This document shows positions 1 through 8,685 of a stretch of DNA of 29,897 nt, in pieces (position 1 is the stretch's first letter; each line of letters starts with the position of its first letter). Both the position numbers and the translations under genes were made by a program. The stretch is from a virus, in UHGV virus genome UHGV-1792943. One strand, given 5' to 3'. A model generated the notes under the pieces. It had not been told where the DNA came from and did not search any database. It worked only from the letters and a program-made list of their open reading frames with translations.

Positions 1-2
1 CG

Positions 3-341
3 TCCGATACTGTACATATACCTGATGACTTATATGATGAATTGTTATCAGGGTATGGCAATGGGAAAATAATAATTGCAAATGGCGATGGTTATCCAAT
101 GTTATCTGACCCACAACCTATGAGCTTAGAGGATAGAGTCAGCATTGCTGAAAACACCAAAAGTAGTCTTATGAATGATGTGAGCATAAAAATATCAACG
201 CTTCAGGATGCTGTTGATATGGATATTGCCACTGATGAGGAAATAGAAATGTTGACAAAGTTAAAGAGGTATAGAGTTCTTCTTAATAGAGTTGACACTT
301 CTGTTGATGCAGATATCTCATGGCCTGAGATGCCTGTATAA
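3..341 (+). CDS. tail fibre assembly protein (Tfa / gpU-like), C-terminal part; 5' end lies outside the window
   Basis: Frame is open from base 3 with no upstream stop. Translation (GYPMLSDPQP ... DTSVDADISWPEMPV) matches the conserved C-terminal pattern of caudoviral tail fibre assembly proteins as recalled from memory. Confidence 0.7.
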   Translation, partial: SDTVHIPDDLYDELLSGYGNGKIIIANGDGYPMLSDPQPMSLEDRVSIAENTKSSLMNDVSIKISTLQDAVDMDIATDEEIEMLTKLKRYRVLLNRVDTSVDADISWPEMPV

Positions 342-383
342 ACAATCATAACAATCCAATCAGCACTGCTTTTTTGATATTTC

Positions 384-410
384 AAGCCCTCTTTTGTTGA
401 GGGCTTTATT
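384..410 (+). terminator. weak hairpin after the tail fibre assembly gene
   Basis: caagccctc-ttttgtt-gagggctt hairpin followed by a short U-rich tail. Confidence 0.3.
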
Positions 411-454
411 AGTGAGTGCTTTTGTGACCTTTTTTAGTAATACAATCCTTTGGT

Positions 455-488
455 ACAAAAAAGCCGCCGTCCAGTCAATGACGGCGGG
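455..488 (-). terminator. rho-independent terminator, minus strand
   Basis: ccgccgtc / gacggcgg stem with an 8-nt loop; on the minus strand it is followed by TTTTTTGT. Confidence 0.45.
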
Positions 489-748
489 CAAAATGAACAC
501 TCAGTTAGTGGTATCTGAGAGGGGGGCATTATATTCACTGAATGACGCTTGTGAAGACTCACATGTCATCATTTTGTCCTCAAGAATCAGCTCACATCTT
601 GCGCATTCAAGCGTATTTCTCTTTAAAGCCGTGTTTGGACCATTTTGTTGATACGCGAATTTGGCATCCTCCACGCTCTGAGTGACGAGGTTTACGGACC
701 ACCGGGCCATCATATGCATCCATTTTGTGTGAATGGCATTTAGTCGGG

Positions 749-760
749 AAATAACAAACT
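749..760 (+). promoter_or_regulatory. late-promoter-like conserved element (AAATAACAAACT)
   Basis: One of five related 12-mers placed 38-44 nt upstream of start codons at 802, 4565, 8686, 14801 and 15395. Confidence 0.35.
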
Positions 761-801
761 GGATAAGTTGAAGCCGCGTTAAACGTCATTTCTGGAGGGG
801 T

Positions 802-1128
802 ATGTTTGCAGATTATGAAAATCTGGCTGTAGCAGTCATAACATCCCTGCTGAGTGGAACCGGCGTATTCCTTCTCGGAGTTAGAGACGGGCGCATTTCT
901 GCGTCACTGCTCAACCTCGCGAGTGAATTGTTTACTGCAGTAACTGCCGGGCTTGCGGGGTTTTGGGTGGCTGATAGCTATGAATGGCCGGAAGGCATCA
1001 TTTACTGCGTTGTTCTGATTGCCAGTAACAACGGAAGTGAAATTTTACAGGGCTTGAAGTCCAGAGCTAGTAACGTCTTGAATCTCTTAAGCGTAATAGC
1101 GAGTGGGGGAAAAGGTGGAGAGAAGTAA
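802..1128 (+). CDS. putative holin-like small membrane protein (LydA-like by position)
   Basis: Strong SD GGAGGGG before the ATG; 108 aa with about three hydrophobic helices; first gene of the operon. Confidence 0.5.
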   Translation: MFADYENLAVAVITSLLSGTGVFLLGVRDGRISASLLNLASELFTAVTAGLAGFWVADSYEWPEGIIYCVVLIASNNGSEILQGLKSRASNVLNLLSVIASGGKGGEK

Positions 1129-1574
1129 TGGGTGACTTTGGAAATTATTTCATTTTTATCATGGCATTTGTTGCCGTTATTGACCGTTTCTTATTTCGTC
1201 GCAAGAGTGTTGATATTTTGAGCATTGGCGAAGCTGTAGTGAAAGAGTCTGCTATAGCGTTTCCCGTGTCGCTTCGCGTTAAGCGAAGCTGGGTAAGCAA
1301 TGCACAAATCGAATATTGGTTGCAGGACTTGAAAAATCCATCTGTGGTTATTTCGGGGAAAACAAGACCAGTTGACGCATCAAAACGCGGTGAGAGAGAA
1401 GAATATTTGCTCATCGACACGAAATATCTTGAGCCAGCGAAGTGGGATCTAAAGGTCACATTGACTAACGGTAATTGCCGCCTGAATCCGCTTTATCGCA
1501 TTTTCCCTATCAATGACTGCATAGAACGTCAGTTTATGATTGAAAAGTGTGAAGGAGACTGGAATGTCAAATAA
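1128..1574 (+). CDS. hypothetical protein with N-terminal hydrophobic segment (possible antiholin / LydB-like)
   Basis: ATG overlaps the upstream TAA (TAATG); SD GGTGGAGAG; 148 aa. Confidence 0.5.
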   Translation: MGDFGNYFIFIMAFVAVIDRFLFRRKSVDILSIGEAVVKESAIAFPVSLRVKRSWVSNAQIEYWLQDLKNPSVVISGKTRPVDASKRGEREEYLLIDTKYLEPAKWDLKVTLTNGNCRLNPLYRIFPINDCIERQFMIEKCEGDWNVK

Positions 1575-2181
1575 ATCTAATTATGTTCTTCTTAATTATG
1601 ATGAGTTAAACGAAAAGGGGCTGGCAAAACTCGTCAAAGAAATCGGTAAAGGAGGCTACAAGATAGCGAGGGTGATCCCCGCCAGTAATGGCAGGAAGAA
1701 AGACGGGATCATGACGCGCACGTTTACCCTTATCGGAATCGATGAGCAGACGATGGACGTTCAGGTTAATGATACTGGTGATATTTCTGGTGTAAAACTG
1801 AACGGAAAAATTGTTCCTTTCAAGCCAGTTAAAACGCTGATGGCTTTAGGGCAATCACTGGCTGCTTTATTTAATAAAGGCGCATCATCATTTCAGAAAT
1901 CATTGGCGCGTAAGTTAGCTCGTGCGGCGAAAGATATTGATGATGGGAATAAGAAAATAAAAGGCGTTAAGTCCAATGCGCAGAAACTAGCAGAGGCAAA
2001 GGAATCTCGCGATGCGATCCGCGAGGATATTGAAAGGGCCAAAGAAAAATTAAATCAGGTGCAAGGTAATTCAGACCGCGCAACAAGAGAAACTGAAATC
2101 ATTAGAACCGAGATGGCGCAGGAACTGGCGAAAACTCGCGTATTGAAAGAAGAAATAGCGCGCCTGGAGGAAGATGCATGA
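1564..2181 (+). CDS. hypothetical coiled-coil protein
   Basis: The internal ATG at 1564 has SD AAGGAGA 7 nt upstream, preferred over the track start at 1540. The C-terminal half is rich in charged heptad-like repeats. Confidence 0.55.
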   Translation: MSNKSNYVLLNYDELNEKGLAKLVKEIGKGGYKIARVIPASNGRKKDGIMTRTFTLIGIDEQTMDVQVNDTGDISGVKLNGKIVPFKPVKTLMALGQSLAALFNKGASSFQKSLARKLARAAKDIDDGNKKIKGVKSNAQKLAEAKESRDAIREDIERAKEKLNQVQGNSDRATRETEIIRTEMAQELAKTRVLKEEIARLEEDA

Positions 2182-4103
2182 TAAAGAAACCTATTCGAAT
2201 AAATATCCAGTCCACTTTTGCAGATACGCTCACTGGATATACGCCTAATCGTTGGGTGGCGGAAGATATCACCGAGGATGATTTACTTATCGAGCCTGCG
2301 ACGCTGGAAGATATCGAGCTGGCCTATATGGGCAACGAAATTTTGGTAACTACCAATGAGGCAATGTTCGAAGCTTTAACCACAACAAAATTGCGGTTAG
2401 CGCAAACAATGCGAGCATTTGTCCGGGCGCTTAATCGCGGCCTGAATGGCACTGACATTGCTGCGGGTACGGATGAGGCAGGGGAATATGAAGACGGACG
2501 TAATAGTATCGGTGGGGCAATCATTGGGCGCGTGCGCCGGGTTGCTAATATCCCTGTTGTAACAGCACAAATACCTCTAACCGATGGACAAACGACAAGC
2601 ATAATTTTCCATTCTCCAACCGCAGACGGCACAAGAATTAAAGGGGATGACGAGCTGGTTGCGTTTCAGTTTCTTCTTAACAAAAGAAACGTTACGCATG
2701 TTGTTGCGCCAATCGGTGGGCGTGATGTATCTCTGAGCCAGGTGTGTCAGGCGCTTTCTAACCTCATTGAGCGTAACAGTGCAAAATTCAAAAAAGCAAA
2801 GGAGCGCCAGGACAAAATGAAGGCTGATATTGAGGGGTATCTCAATGAAGCCGACAAGCTGGCAGAAGAACGTTCTGTGCTGATTGAGCAGGTTGAAGAC
2901 GCACAGCGGGGGCTGGCAGAGAAACGCTCAACACTCAATGATATGCAGAATAAATTAGACGCACAAAAAGCCCTTAACGCGGAATTGCAGGCTAAGCGCG
3001 ATAATTTATTGTCAGCTAAGAGCCAAGGAACTAAAGAGCGTGCCTTCAATGATCAACTGCGACACATAAAACATAATCTTGCTACAGAAGGCCAAACAAC
3101 GCTGGATAATGGTGCTGTAGTTAAGTATGTCACGTCAGGCAGTGATAGCTTTGTCACGATTGAGGCACCAGAAGGCAATTTCAGTATTGATGTCAGTGCT
3201 GTTAAAGGTGGGAGTTCAGCGGACGCTGCAACCAAATTACTTAAAGCCTATCGTGAACATAATGCTGATCAATACAAAGTGGATGTGTTGCCGGGCCAGC
3301 CTGAGCCAACTGATCAGCCGCAGCCTGAACAGGAGCCACAACCAGCATCACATCCTGATCCCCTGGAGGTTGGTAAATATCGCTATGCGCTACAATCTCG
3401 CCCGGCGGGTGTTGGTGCGGTTCCTGAAGGAAATAAAGCTGTACTTGACCGTCCTGATCAGGCTGATCCGTATTACGAATATGCTCGTCACGGAATCATT
3501 ACGTATGACCGCAAACTGACAGACGAAGAAGTCAGTCAGTACGAATTACGCTATCTGCCTGATGACGATGAACTGAGAGGGATGGCGAACGAGCTGGTTG
3601 CGTCCAGCATGGTAAAACATATTGATGGCTATGTAGATCTGTTTGGAAGTGACCTGAAAACATTCAAGGCGCAAGTTAAAATTCTTTTCCGCAAAGCGTT
3701 CCCGAACGTGGCATATCCACTTGGTGATGGGGAGAACCTTTTCATTATGGACGTGTATAACGCCCTTCAAAATCATTCAAGCGAAGTAAAAACAGATCCT
3801 GTAGTTGAGCCAGAATCGCAACCTGCACCAGCACCAGAACAGGAGCCGGAGCCAGAAGAAGCGGGTGAATCAGCAAGCGAAGCTGACCAGGAAGCAGATA
3901 AAGCGCTTGAGTACCTGAAATCCGTTCCGGAGCAGTTCACATCCCGCGATCTGACGGTCATAAGTGCTGAACTTGATCATGTGCAGGAAGCTGCAAACGC
4001 TCTTATCAGTGCTGGTCGATATGACGAGAACGAAGCAACTGTAGGTGCAGCCGTTGACTACCTGATCAATATTCTGGCTGAAATTCAGCAGGGAGGTGCT
4101 TAA
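2178..4103 (+). CDS. large virion-associated protein, DarA-like by size and operon position (641 aa)
   Basis: ATGA overlap with the upstream gene; SD GGAGGAAG; two Pro/Glu-rich linkers (PEPTDQPQPEQEPQP and PESQPAPAPEQEPEPEE). Assignment to DarA is by analogy to the P1 darA operon, not by alignment. Confidence 0.5.
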   Translation: MIKKPIRINIQSTFADTLTGYTPNRWVAEDITEDDLLIEPATLEDIELAYMGNEILVTTNEAMFEALTTTKLRLAQTMRAFVRALNRGLNGTDIAAGTDEAGEYEDGRNSIGGAIIGRVRRVANIPVVTAQIPLTDGQTTSIIFHSPTADGTRIKGDDELVAFQFLLNKRNVTHVVAPIGGRDVSLSQVCQALSNLIERNSAKFKKAKERQDKMKADIEGYLNEADKLAEERSVLIEQVEDAQRGLAEKRSTLNDMQNKLDAQKALNAELQAKRDNLLSAKSQGTKERAFNDQLRHIKHNLATEGQTTLDNGAVVKYVTSGSDSFVTIEAPEGNFSIDVSAVKGGSSADAATKLLKAYREHNADQYKVDVLPGQPEPTDQPQPEQEPQPASHPDPLEVGKYRYALQSRPAGVGAVPEGNKAVLDRPDQADPYYEYARHGIITYDRKLTDEEVSQYELRYLPDDDELRGMANELVASSMVKHIDGYVDLFGSDLKTFKAQVKILFRKAFPNVAYPLGDGENLFIMDVYNALQNHSSEVKTDPVVEPESQPAPAPEQEPEPEEAGESASEADQEADKALEYLKSVPEQFTSRDLTVISAELDHVQEAANALISAGRYDENEATVGAAVDYLINILAEIQQGGA

Positions 4104-4471
4104 TGGCTATCTCTGTTTTAGAACGCCTGAAATTAGGTAAAGAGCTATCAGATCTAATGCAGGCGCAGAAAACCGCGCCAGTATTGCAACGCGTCTCAAT
4201 TGGTAAGCAGATTGTTGATGTGATGCTTAAACTGGGGCTTGGGGCTGCGGCCCAATCAGTATCGGATCCGCAGGCGCAGCCAGATACTGTTGCAGGTGAC
4301 ATTCCTAAGATAGTGACAGACTTCCTTGGAGGTGCATTCACAAAGTCCACGCAAATGGAATTTATTGATGCGCTACGTGGGATCTCAAACTATGTAGGCG
4401 AGTTCCTTACGTTGGAACAGGCTAAAGAGCAGACCATAAGCTGGGTGAAAGCCAACGGTTATGCAGGGTAA
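4103..4471 (+). CDS. small protein, DdrA-like by position (122 aa)
   Basis: TAATG overlap with the upstream gene; SD GGGAGG. Confidence 0.5.
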   Translation: MAISVLERLKLGKELSDLMQAQKTAPVLQRVSIGKQIVDVMLKLGLGAAAQSVSDPQAQPDTVAGDIPKIVTDFLGGAFTKSTQMEFIDALRGISNYVGEFLTLEQAKEQTISWVKANGYAG

Positions 4472-4514
4472 TCAAAGGGGCTGAAATGCCCCTTTCACTT
4501 TCCTGTAAGTCCAT

Positions 4515-4526
4515 AAATCACACACT
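4515..4526 (+). promoter_or_regulatory. late-promoter-like conserved element (AAATCACACACT)
   Basis: Sits 38 nt upstream of the TTG start at 4565, after a hairpin at about 4474-4500. Confidence 0.35.
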
Positions 4527-4564
4527 TTTTACACTTCCTGCTTTCTATGTAAGGGGAGTGTATT

Positions 4565-7500
4565 TTGAACAAGTCAGTTACTTCCGCGCTATCCGAAGCA
4601 GCAGACATTAACAGTGTTATTGCGCTGGTTTCTTCATTAGAGAGGCGAGAAACACGCCAGGGGCGCAGTAGTTACGTAGTCACCAGTAAAGGGGCAGAGG
4701 TAAAGACGGCTTTTAAGGTCGTTGATGCCAGCAGTCTGATCATTTCGAACAACCTTGACGGTACGATTAATCCGGCCTTCCCGGAAGAACTCCAGCCACG
4801 TGACCGTACACGGCTATCCAGCAAACTCCAGGTTAACCGTATTGCCTCCAATTTACGCCCGGCACAATTAACGGATTCCGGCATGAGCAGCCACGGAGCG
4901 CCGATAGTTGGTCCGGACAACGTTGTTGAATCCGGCAACGGAAGGAGCATGGGTATCTGGCGTGCCTATGAGCAAGGGCAGGCGGATGAATATCGCCAGT
5001 ACCTGATCGATCATGCAAAAGAGTTTGGTCTGAATCCTGACGACATTTCACAAATGTCTATGCCCGTATTGGTGCGCGAAAGACTCACTGATGTTGATCG
5101 TGCGCAGTTCGCCCGCGATTCAAACATCAGCGATCTGCAAGAGATGGCTGCAAGTGAAAAAGCGTATGCGGATGCGCAATTTCTCACTGAGAGCGTCATG
5201 GCGCTATTTAATCCTTCAGATGATGGGAATCTACTGGCGCGGTCCAATGATGCGTTTATTCGTGCGTTTTTGCGCGAAATAGGTGATACGGCGACGGCAG
5301 GTTTGCTTACAGCCGATGGGCGTCCAACGAAACAACTTATCGACCGCATCCAGAATGCAATTTTTGCCAAAGCGTACAAGGATGAAAGGCTTGTTCGGTT
5401 GGTGGCGGAAGAGCCAGATCCGGAAATGCGTAACATCCTTACCGCATTAAATACGGCAGCCAGCGATTTTGCGCAAATGCAGTCGCTTTCAGGTGATGTT
5501 CACCATGACACGGTAACCGGACTGGTAGACGGTATAGAGCAATTGAATGGTCTGGATAAACAGGCTATTGCCGCGCTACAGGAAGCAATTAACCTTGTTC
5601 GTGAAGCAAAAGATAACGGTCAGGCAGTAGAAGAGGTGATCGCACAGCGTGGATTGTTTGGAGATAGCACTCCGGAAGCAGAAGCGCTTGCTCTGTTTAT
5701 TGTTGCCAACAACCGAAGCGCTAAGCGAATGGGGGCAGCTTTCAAGAAACTGGCGCAAAAAATTAACGATGAACTTATTCACCAGCAACAAGCGTTAGGC
5801 GATATGTTCGGCGGCGGAGATGTCGATCTGCGTAGCATTTTATCTGCCGTTTCTGATGAAATTGAGGCTGAGTATGGCGAAGGTAAAGGGCTTAATTTCG
5901 CCATGTTCGAATCAGTTTCGGGAGATGTCGAACCATACATTTCAAAGCTAATTGCTGATGCGACCAGCGTGGAGGACTTGATCCGAATCGTGAAGGCGTC
6001 AGAAAAAATTAAGGAGTCCGCAAAAAAAATAAAGCGCAATGTATTTTTGGAACTTGGTTTTTATATTCGCAATGTCACCGTTAATGAGATTAAGGCGTGG
6101 GCTAAACGTTATGGATACAGCAACGCTGTGTTAACAACGATGTTATTGTCTTATCAACGCAGCAATTTTTATGCTAACGCACTGCGTGACGCGATTGAAA
6201 AAGGAGATGAAGCTCCTTCACTCGCAGATGAAAGAAATATTGATTGTGACATTGAAACGTTTTGCAATATGTCAGAAGAAGGCGTGCCCGCTGAACAATT
6301 TATACGTGTTTTACATAATGCAGCAAAACATATTCCTGATGACTTTAGCATTGATGAATTGCGCAATGGTTGTCTTGTTTGGTTAGGTAACTATTTAAAA
6401 TCTCCAGCGTCTATTGCAGAGAAAACAGCTTTAAGATTTAGAAAGGAAATGAATAAAGCTGGAAGCGCAGAAGAGATGGTGCGCATAATCCAAAATACTT
6501 TGAAGTTATTCAAAAAGAGCTTGCATAATATCAACGATATTATGGCGGCTGGTAGGAAAATAACAGCCAGCGTCGGAGTTAGCTCCGAACTAACGGCAGA
6601 GGAGATCGCTGATGCGTATATTGAGACACTTGTCAGGCTTAAGGAGATAGTGGAATTAGCAGAGCATTCCTCATATTACGGAATCAAGGAGCGCGTTGAC
6701 TTTACTATAGAACAAATCAATAAAGTTAGGTCAAATAAGGAAAAACTCACTGACTACCTTGCTGAGGTTTTGCACCAGAATGATCATGGGATTGGATATG
6801 ATCTGAAAAAAATGCTTGTTTTTAATCTGGACATACCGGAAGACTTGCAAGCAGAATTATATGAAATAGCTTCATTAACACGTGGACAAAAAGCCTATCC
6901 TAATGCGCTTGAAAATGTAGTACATAAAAAAGTCAGAGCCGCATTTGACATGATTCTTGAATCGTCAAATGTGTCACATGACCAGTCTAAGGAATGGAGT
7001 CGTGGGATTGCTATTTCTGATGAAGCAGAGCAGTTAAGTGGTCACGATAATGAAACTTTCTCCCGTAAAGCATACAGTATTCGCGAGACAATTGAAAAAG
7101 CCTATATTATTTCAGGAGGGACTTTATCTACATTAAAAAATATTAACCACAAGAACAATGTTCGTGCTTTTGCAAGTCGAAATGGGAATATAACAATTGA
7201 TGCTAATAGTGATCATGAGCGTGTATTATGGCATGAAATAGGTCACCATATAGAACATTCAAATCCCCATCTATTGGAGAGGGCCAAAGCCTTCATTAAA
7301 TCAAAAACTAACGGTAAAGTTTCTTATCATAATATTGGTAGCCGTGGCAGTGCTGAGTATTTGGTGCGAACCGACCTAAGTCATGGATATATGTCTAAAA
7401 TTTATATGGAAAATACGGTAAGTTCTGTCAGCGGCAGATTTATATCAAAGCCACCTGCATTAAGCAATTGCAGGGCGACTGAGATTTTTTCTATGGCCTT

Positions 7501-7606
7501 GCAGATGTATGCCGATCCTGAGCAGGCGACTAACTCTGTATTAAACAATGACGGCGTGCTGGAATTTTTCTTGGGATGTATGAAGGAGTTGCAAAATGAA
7601 GTATAG
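4565..7606 (+). CDS. 1013-aa putative internal virion protein (DdrB-like by position) with ParB/Srx-like N-terminal motifs and a C-terminal HEIGH zincin-like motif
   Basis: TTG start with SD AAGGGGAG. N-terminal region reads ELQPRDR ... GAPIVGPDNVVESGNGRSMG (ParB-type spacing). HEIGHHIEH is encoded at 7232-7258. Confidence 0.6.
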   Translation: MNKSVTSALSEAADINSVIALVSSLERRETRQGRSSYVVTSKGAEVKTAFKVVDASSLIISNNLDGTINPAFPEELQPRDRTRLSSKLQVNRIASNLRPAQLTDSGMSSHGAPIVGPDNVVESGNGRSMGIWRAYEQGQADEYRQYLIDHAKEFGLNPDDISQMSMPVLVRERLTDVDRAQFARDSNISDLQEMAASEKAYADAQFLTESVMALFNPSDDGNLLARSNDAFIRAFLREIGDTATAGLLTADGRPTKQLIDRIQNAIFAKAYKDERLVRLVAEEPDPEMRNILTALNTAASDFAQMQSLSGDVHHDTVTGLVDGIEQLNGLDKQAIAALQEAINLVREAKDNGQAVEEVIAQRGLFGDSTPEAEALALFIVANNRSAKRMGAAFKKLAQKINDELIHQQQALGDMFGGGDVDLRSILSAVSDEIEAEYGEGKGLNFAMFESVSGDVEPYISKLIADATSVEDLIRIVKASEKIKESAKKIKRNVFLELGFYIRNVTVNEIKAWAKRYGYSNAVLTTMLLSYQRSNFYANALRDAIEKGDEAPSLADERNIDCDIETFCNMSEEGVPAEQFIRVLHNAAKHIPDDFSIDELRNGCLVWLGNYLKSPASIAEKTALRFRKEMNKAGSAEEMVRIIQNTLKLFKKSLHNINDIMAAGRKITASVGVSSELTAEEIADAYIETLVRLKEIVELAEHSSYYGIKERVDFTIEQINKVRSNKEKLTDYLAEVLHQNDHGIGYDLKKMLVFNLDIPEDLQAELYEIASLTRGQKAYPNALENVVHKKVRAAFDMILESSNVSHDQSKEWSRGIAISDEAEQLSGHDNETFSRKAYSIRETIEKAYIISGGTLSTLKNINHKNNVRAFASRNGNITIDANSDHERVLWHEIGHHIEHSNPHLLERAKAFIKSKTNGKVSYHNIGSRGSAEYLVRTDLSHGYMSKIYMENTVSSVSGRFISKPPALSNCRATEIFSMALQMYADPEQATNSVLNNDGVLEFFLGCMKELQNEV

Positions 7607-7889
7607 CATTGTGAGTCCCGCTGGGATTAGAGGGATTGTTGAATGCTCTGATGACGGCACATTGCGTATATTTGAAGGCGATATTTCGGAAGAAAATATT
7701 GCGCAAGATTTACGCTTTATCAACACAAATTCCGCAATGGGGATCGTGAATACCATTCATGCCGATGGGGTGTTTGTTCTGCGGAGCCTGGAAACTGTTG
7801 GCTGGGAGGTTGAGTGGCCAGAGGTGGAAGGAGATCCTGACGACGAAGACGATACTGGCGAATCATATCAAGACATTGATGTGAATTGA
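7596..7889 (+). CDS. small acidic protein, last gene of the operon (Hdf-like by position)
   Basis: Overlaps the upstream stop by 11 nt; acidic C-terminus; followed by a strong terminator. Confidence 0.5.
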   Translation: MKYSIVSPAGIRGIVECSDDGTLRIFEGDISEENIAQDLRFINTNSAMGIVNTIHADGVFVLRSLETVGWEVEWPEVEGDPDDEDDTGESYQDIDVN

Positions 7890-7902
7890 TATGATTGATA
7901 AT

Positions 7903-7925
7903 CCCGCCGTCAGGCGGGTTTTTTT
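7903..7925 (+). terminator. rho-independent terminator
   Basis: cccgcc-gtca-ggcggg followed by TTTTTTT. Confidence 0.8.
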
Positions 7926-8187
7926 AGCGTGGTGTAAGAATAAATTCAGGATGCTCTCCAGCAAGCAATAACAGGTACTCAAATTCACCAGCCATAAGGC
8001 GTCTCGGTTTATTTCTATCTTCTTTGAATTGCCAAGCCCGGAGTTGATACCCCATTTTGTGGGCTAACTCCGTTTGCGTTAGCCCCATTCGCTGGCGGAT
8101 TTCAATTATGGTTTCCGGGGTGTTTGGTGGGAGTTGTTTCACAATATGCCCTTTGCCAATGCTGTGATTCGCAACGAAGTATATCAT
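7924..8187 (-). CDS. XRE-family HTH DNA-binding protein
   Basis: HTH segment MGLTQTELAHKMGYQLRAWQ; lies 12 nt downstream of the preceding minus-strand ORF. Confidence 0.55.
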   Translation of the reverse strand: MIYFVANHSIGKGHIVKQLPPNTPETIIEIRQRMGLTQTELAHKMGYQLRAWQFKEDRNKPRRLMAGEFEYLLLLAGEHPEFILTPR

Positions 8188-8199
8188 CGTTGAATCGAT

Positions 8200-8502
8200 T
8201 CACAGAGCTGCGCCGAACAGACCGCAGCATGGCATCCCTTCATCACAGTACCTGGCCCATTCTTTTTGGCATTCTTCTGTTTGCGCGTATTGGCTTAACG
8301 CGTCATCCAGCATATCCCAGGCCTTATAGGAATCCTCTGCAACGCTAAACAAAGTCCTGCCTTCCCGGCTTAGAATTTGCAGATTGTAAATGTTTTCATT
8401 GCTCAGACATGCGTGGCTGATATGCATGTAAACCGACCATGCAGGAACTCGATTTTTGATAGCAAGTTGGTGTAATTTGGAGTTAATTAAAGAGCTTTTC
8501 AT
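8200..8502 (-). CDS. hypothetical protein, upstream partner of the HTH gene
   Basis: Start taken at the internal Met preceded by SD GGAGA (the track ORF extends to 8553); about 100 aa; no recognisable motif. Confidence 0.4.
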   Translation of the reverse strand: MKSSLINSKLHQLAIKNRVPAWSVYMHISHACLSNENIYNLQILSREGRTLFSVAEDSYKAWDMLDDALSQYAQTEECQKEWARYCDEGMPCCGLFGAAL

Positions 8503-8633
8503 GGAATTTCTCCGCAGCAAAGTGGTCAACTTTTTTAATCTTAATACGCACAATGTGCATATTCAAGTTTTATTCTTCACTTTGTTACGAGAGGGGCCAG
8601 CCAATATTTCTAGTTGAAAAGATCCATCATCAA

Positions 8634-8645
8634 AAATCACATACT
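8634..8645 (+). promoter_or_regulatory. late-promoter-like conserved element (AAATCACATACT)
   Basis: Sits 40 nt upstream of the ATG at 8686. Confidence 0.35.
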
Positions 8646-8685
8646 GACTATGCTGCCGCAAACTGAAAACATTTCGCGGTGACTC

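Noticed and set aside
394-789. Three small ORFs (394-651 plus strand; 501-719 and 607-789 minus strand) in the region between the tail fibre assembly gene and the holin-like gene
   Set aside because: No convincing ribosome binding sites, mutually overlapping frames, and no recognisable motifs. The minus-strand terminator at 455-488 leaves a small chance that 501-719 is real, but not enough to annotate.
342-800. Invertible tail-fibre segment with a second, inverted tail fibre assembly gene and a cin-type recombinase, as in P1
   Set aside because: No inverted tail fibre assembly coding sequence or recombinase gene is visible downstream of the gene at 3-341.
2324-5436. Minus-strand ORFs antisense to the DarA-like and 1013-aa genes
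   Set aside because: Same reasoning: they lie entirely within well-supported plus-strand genes and have low-complexity composition.
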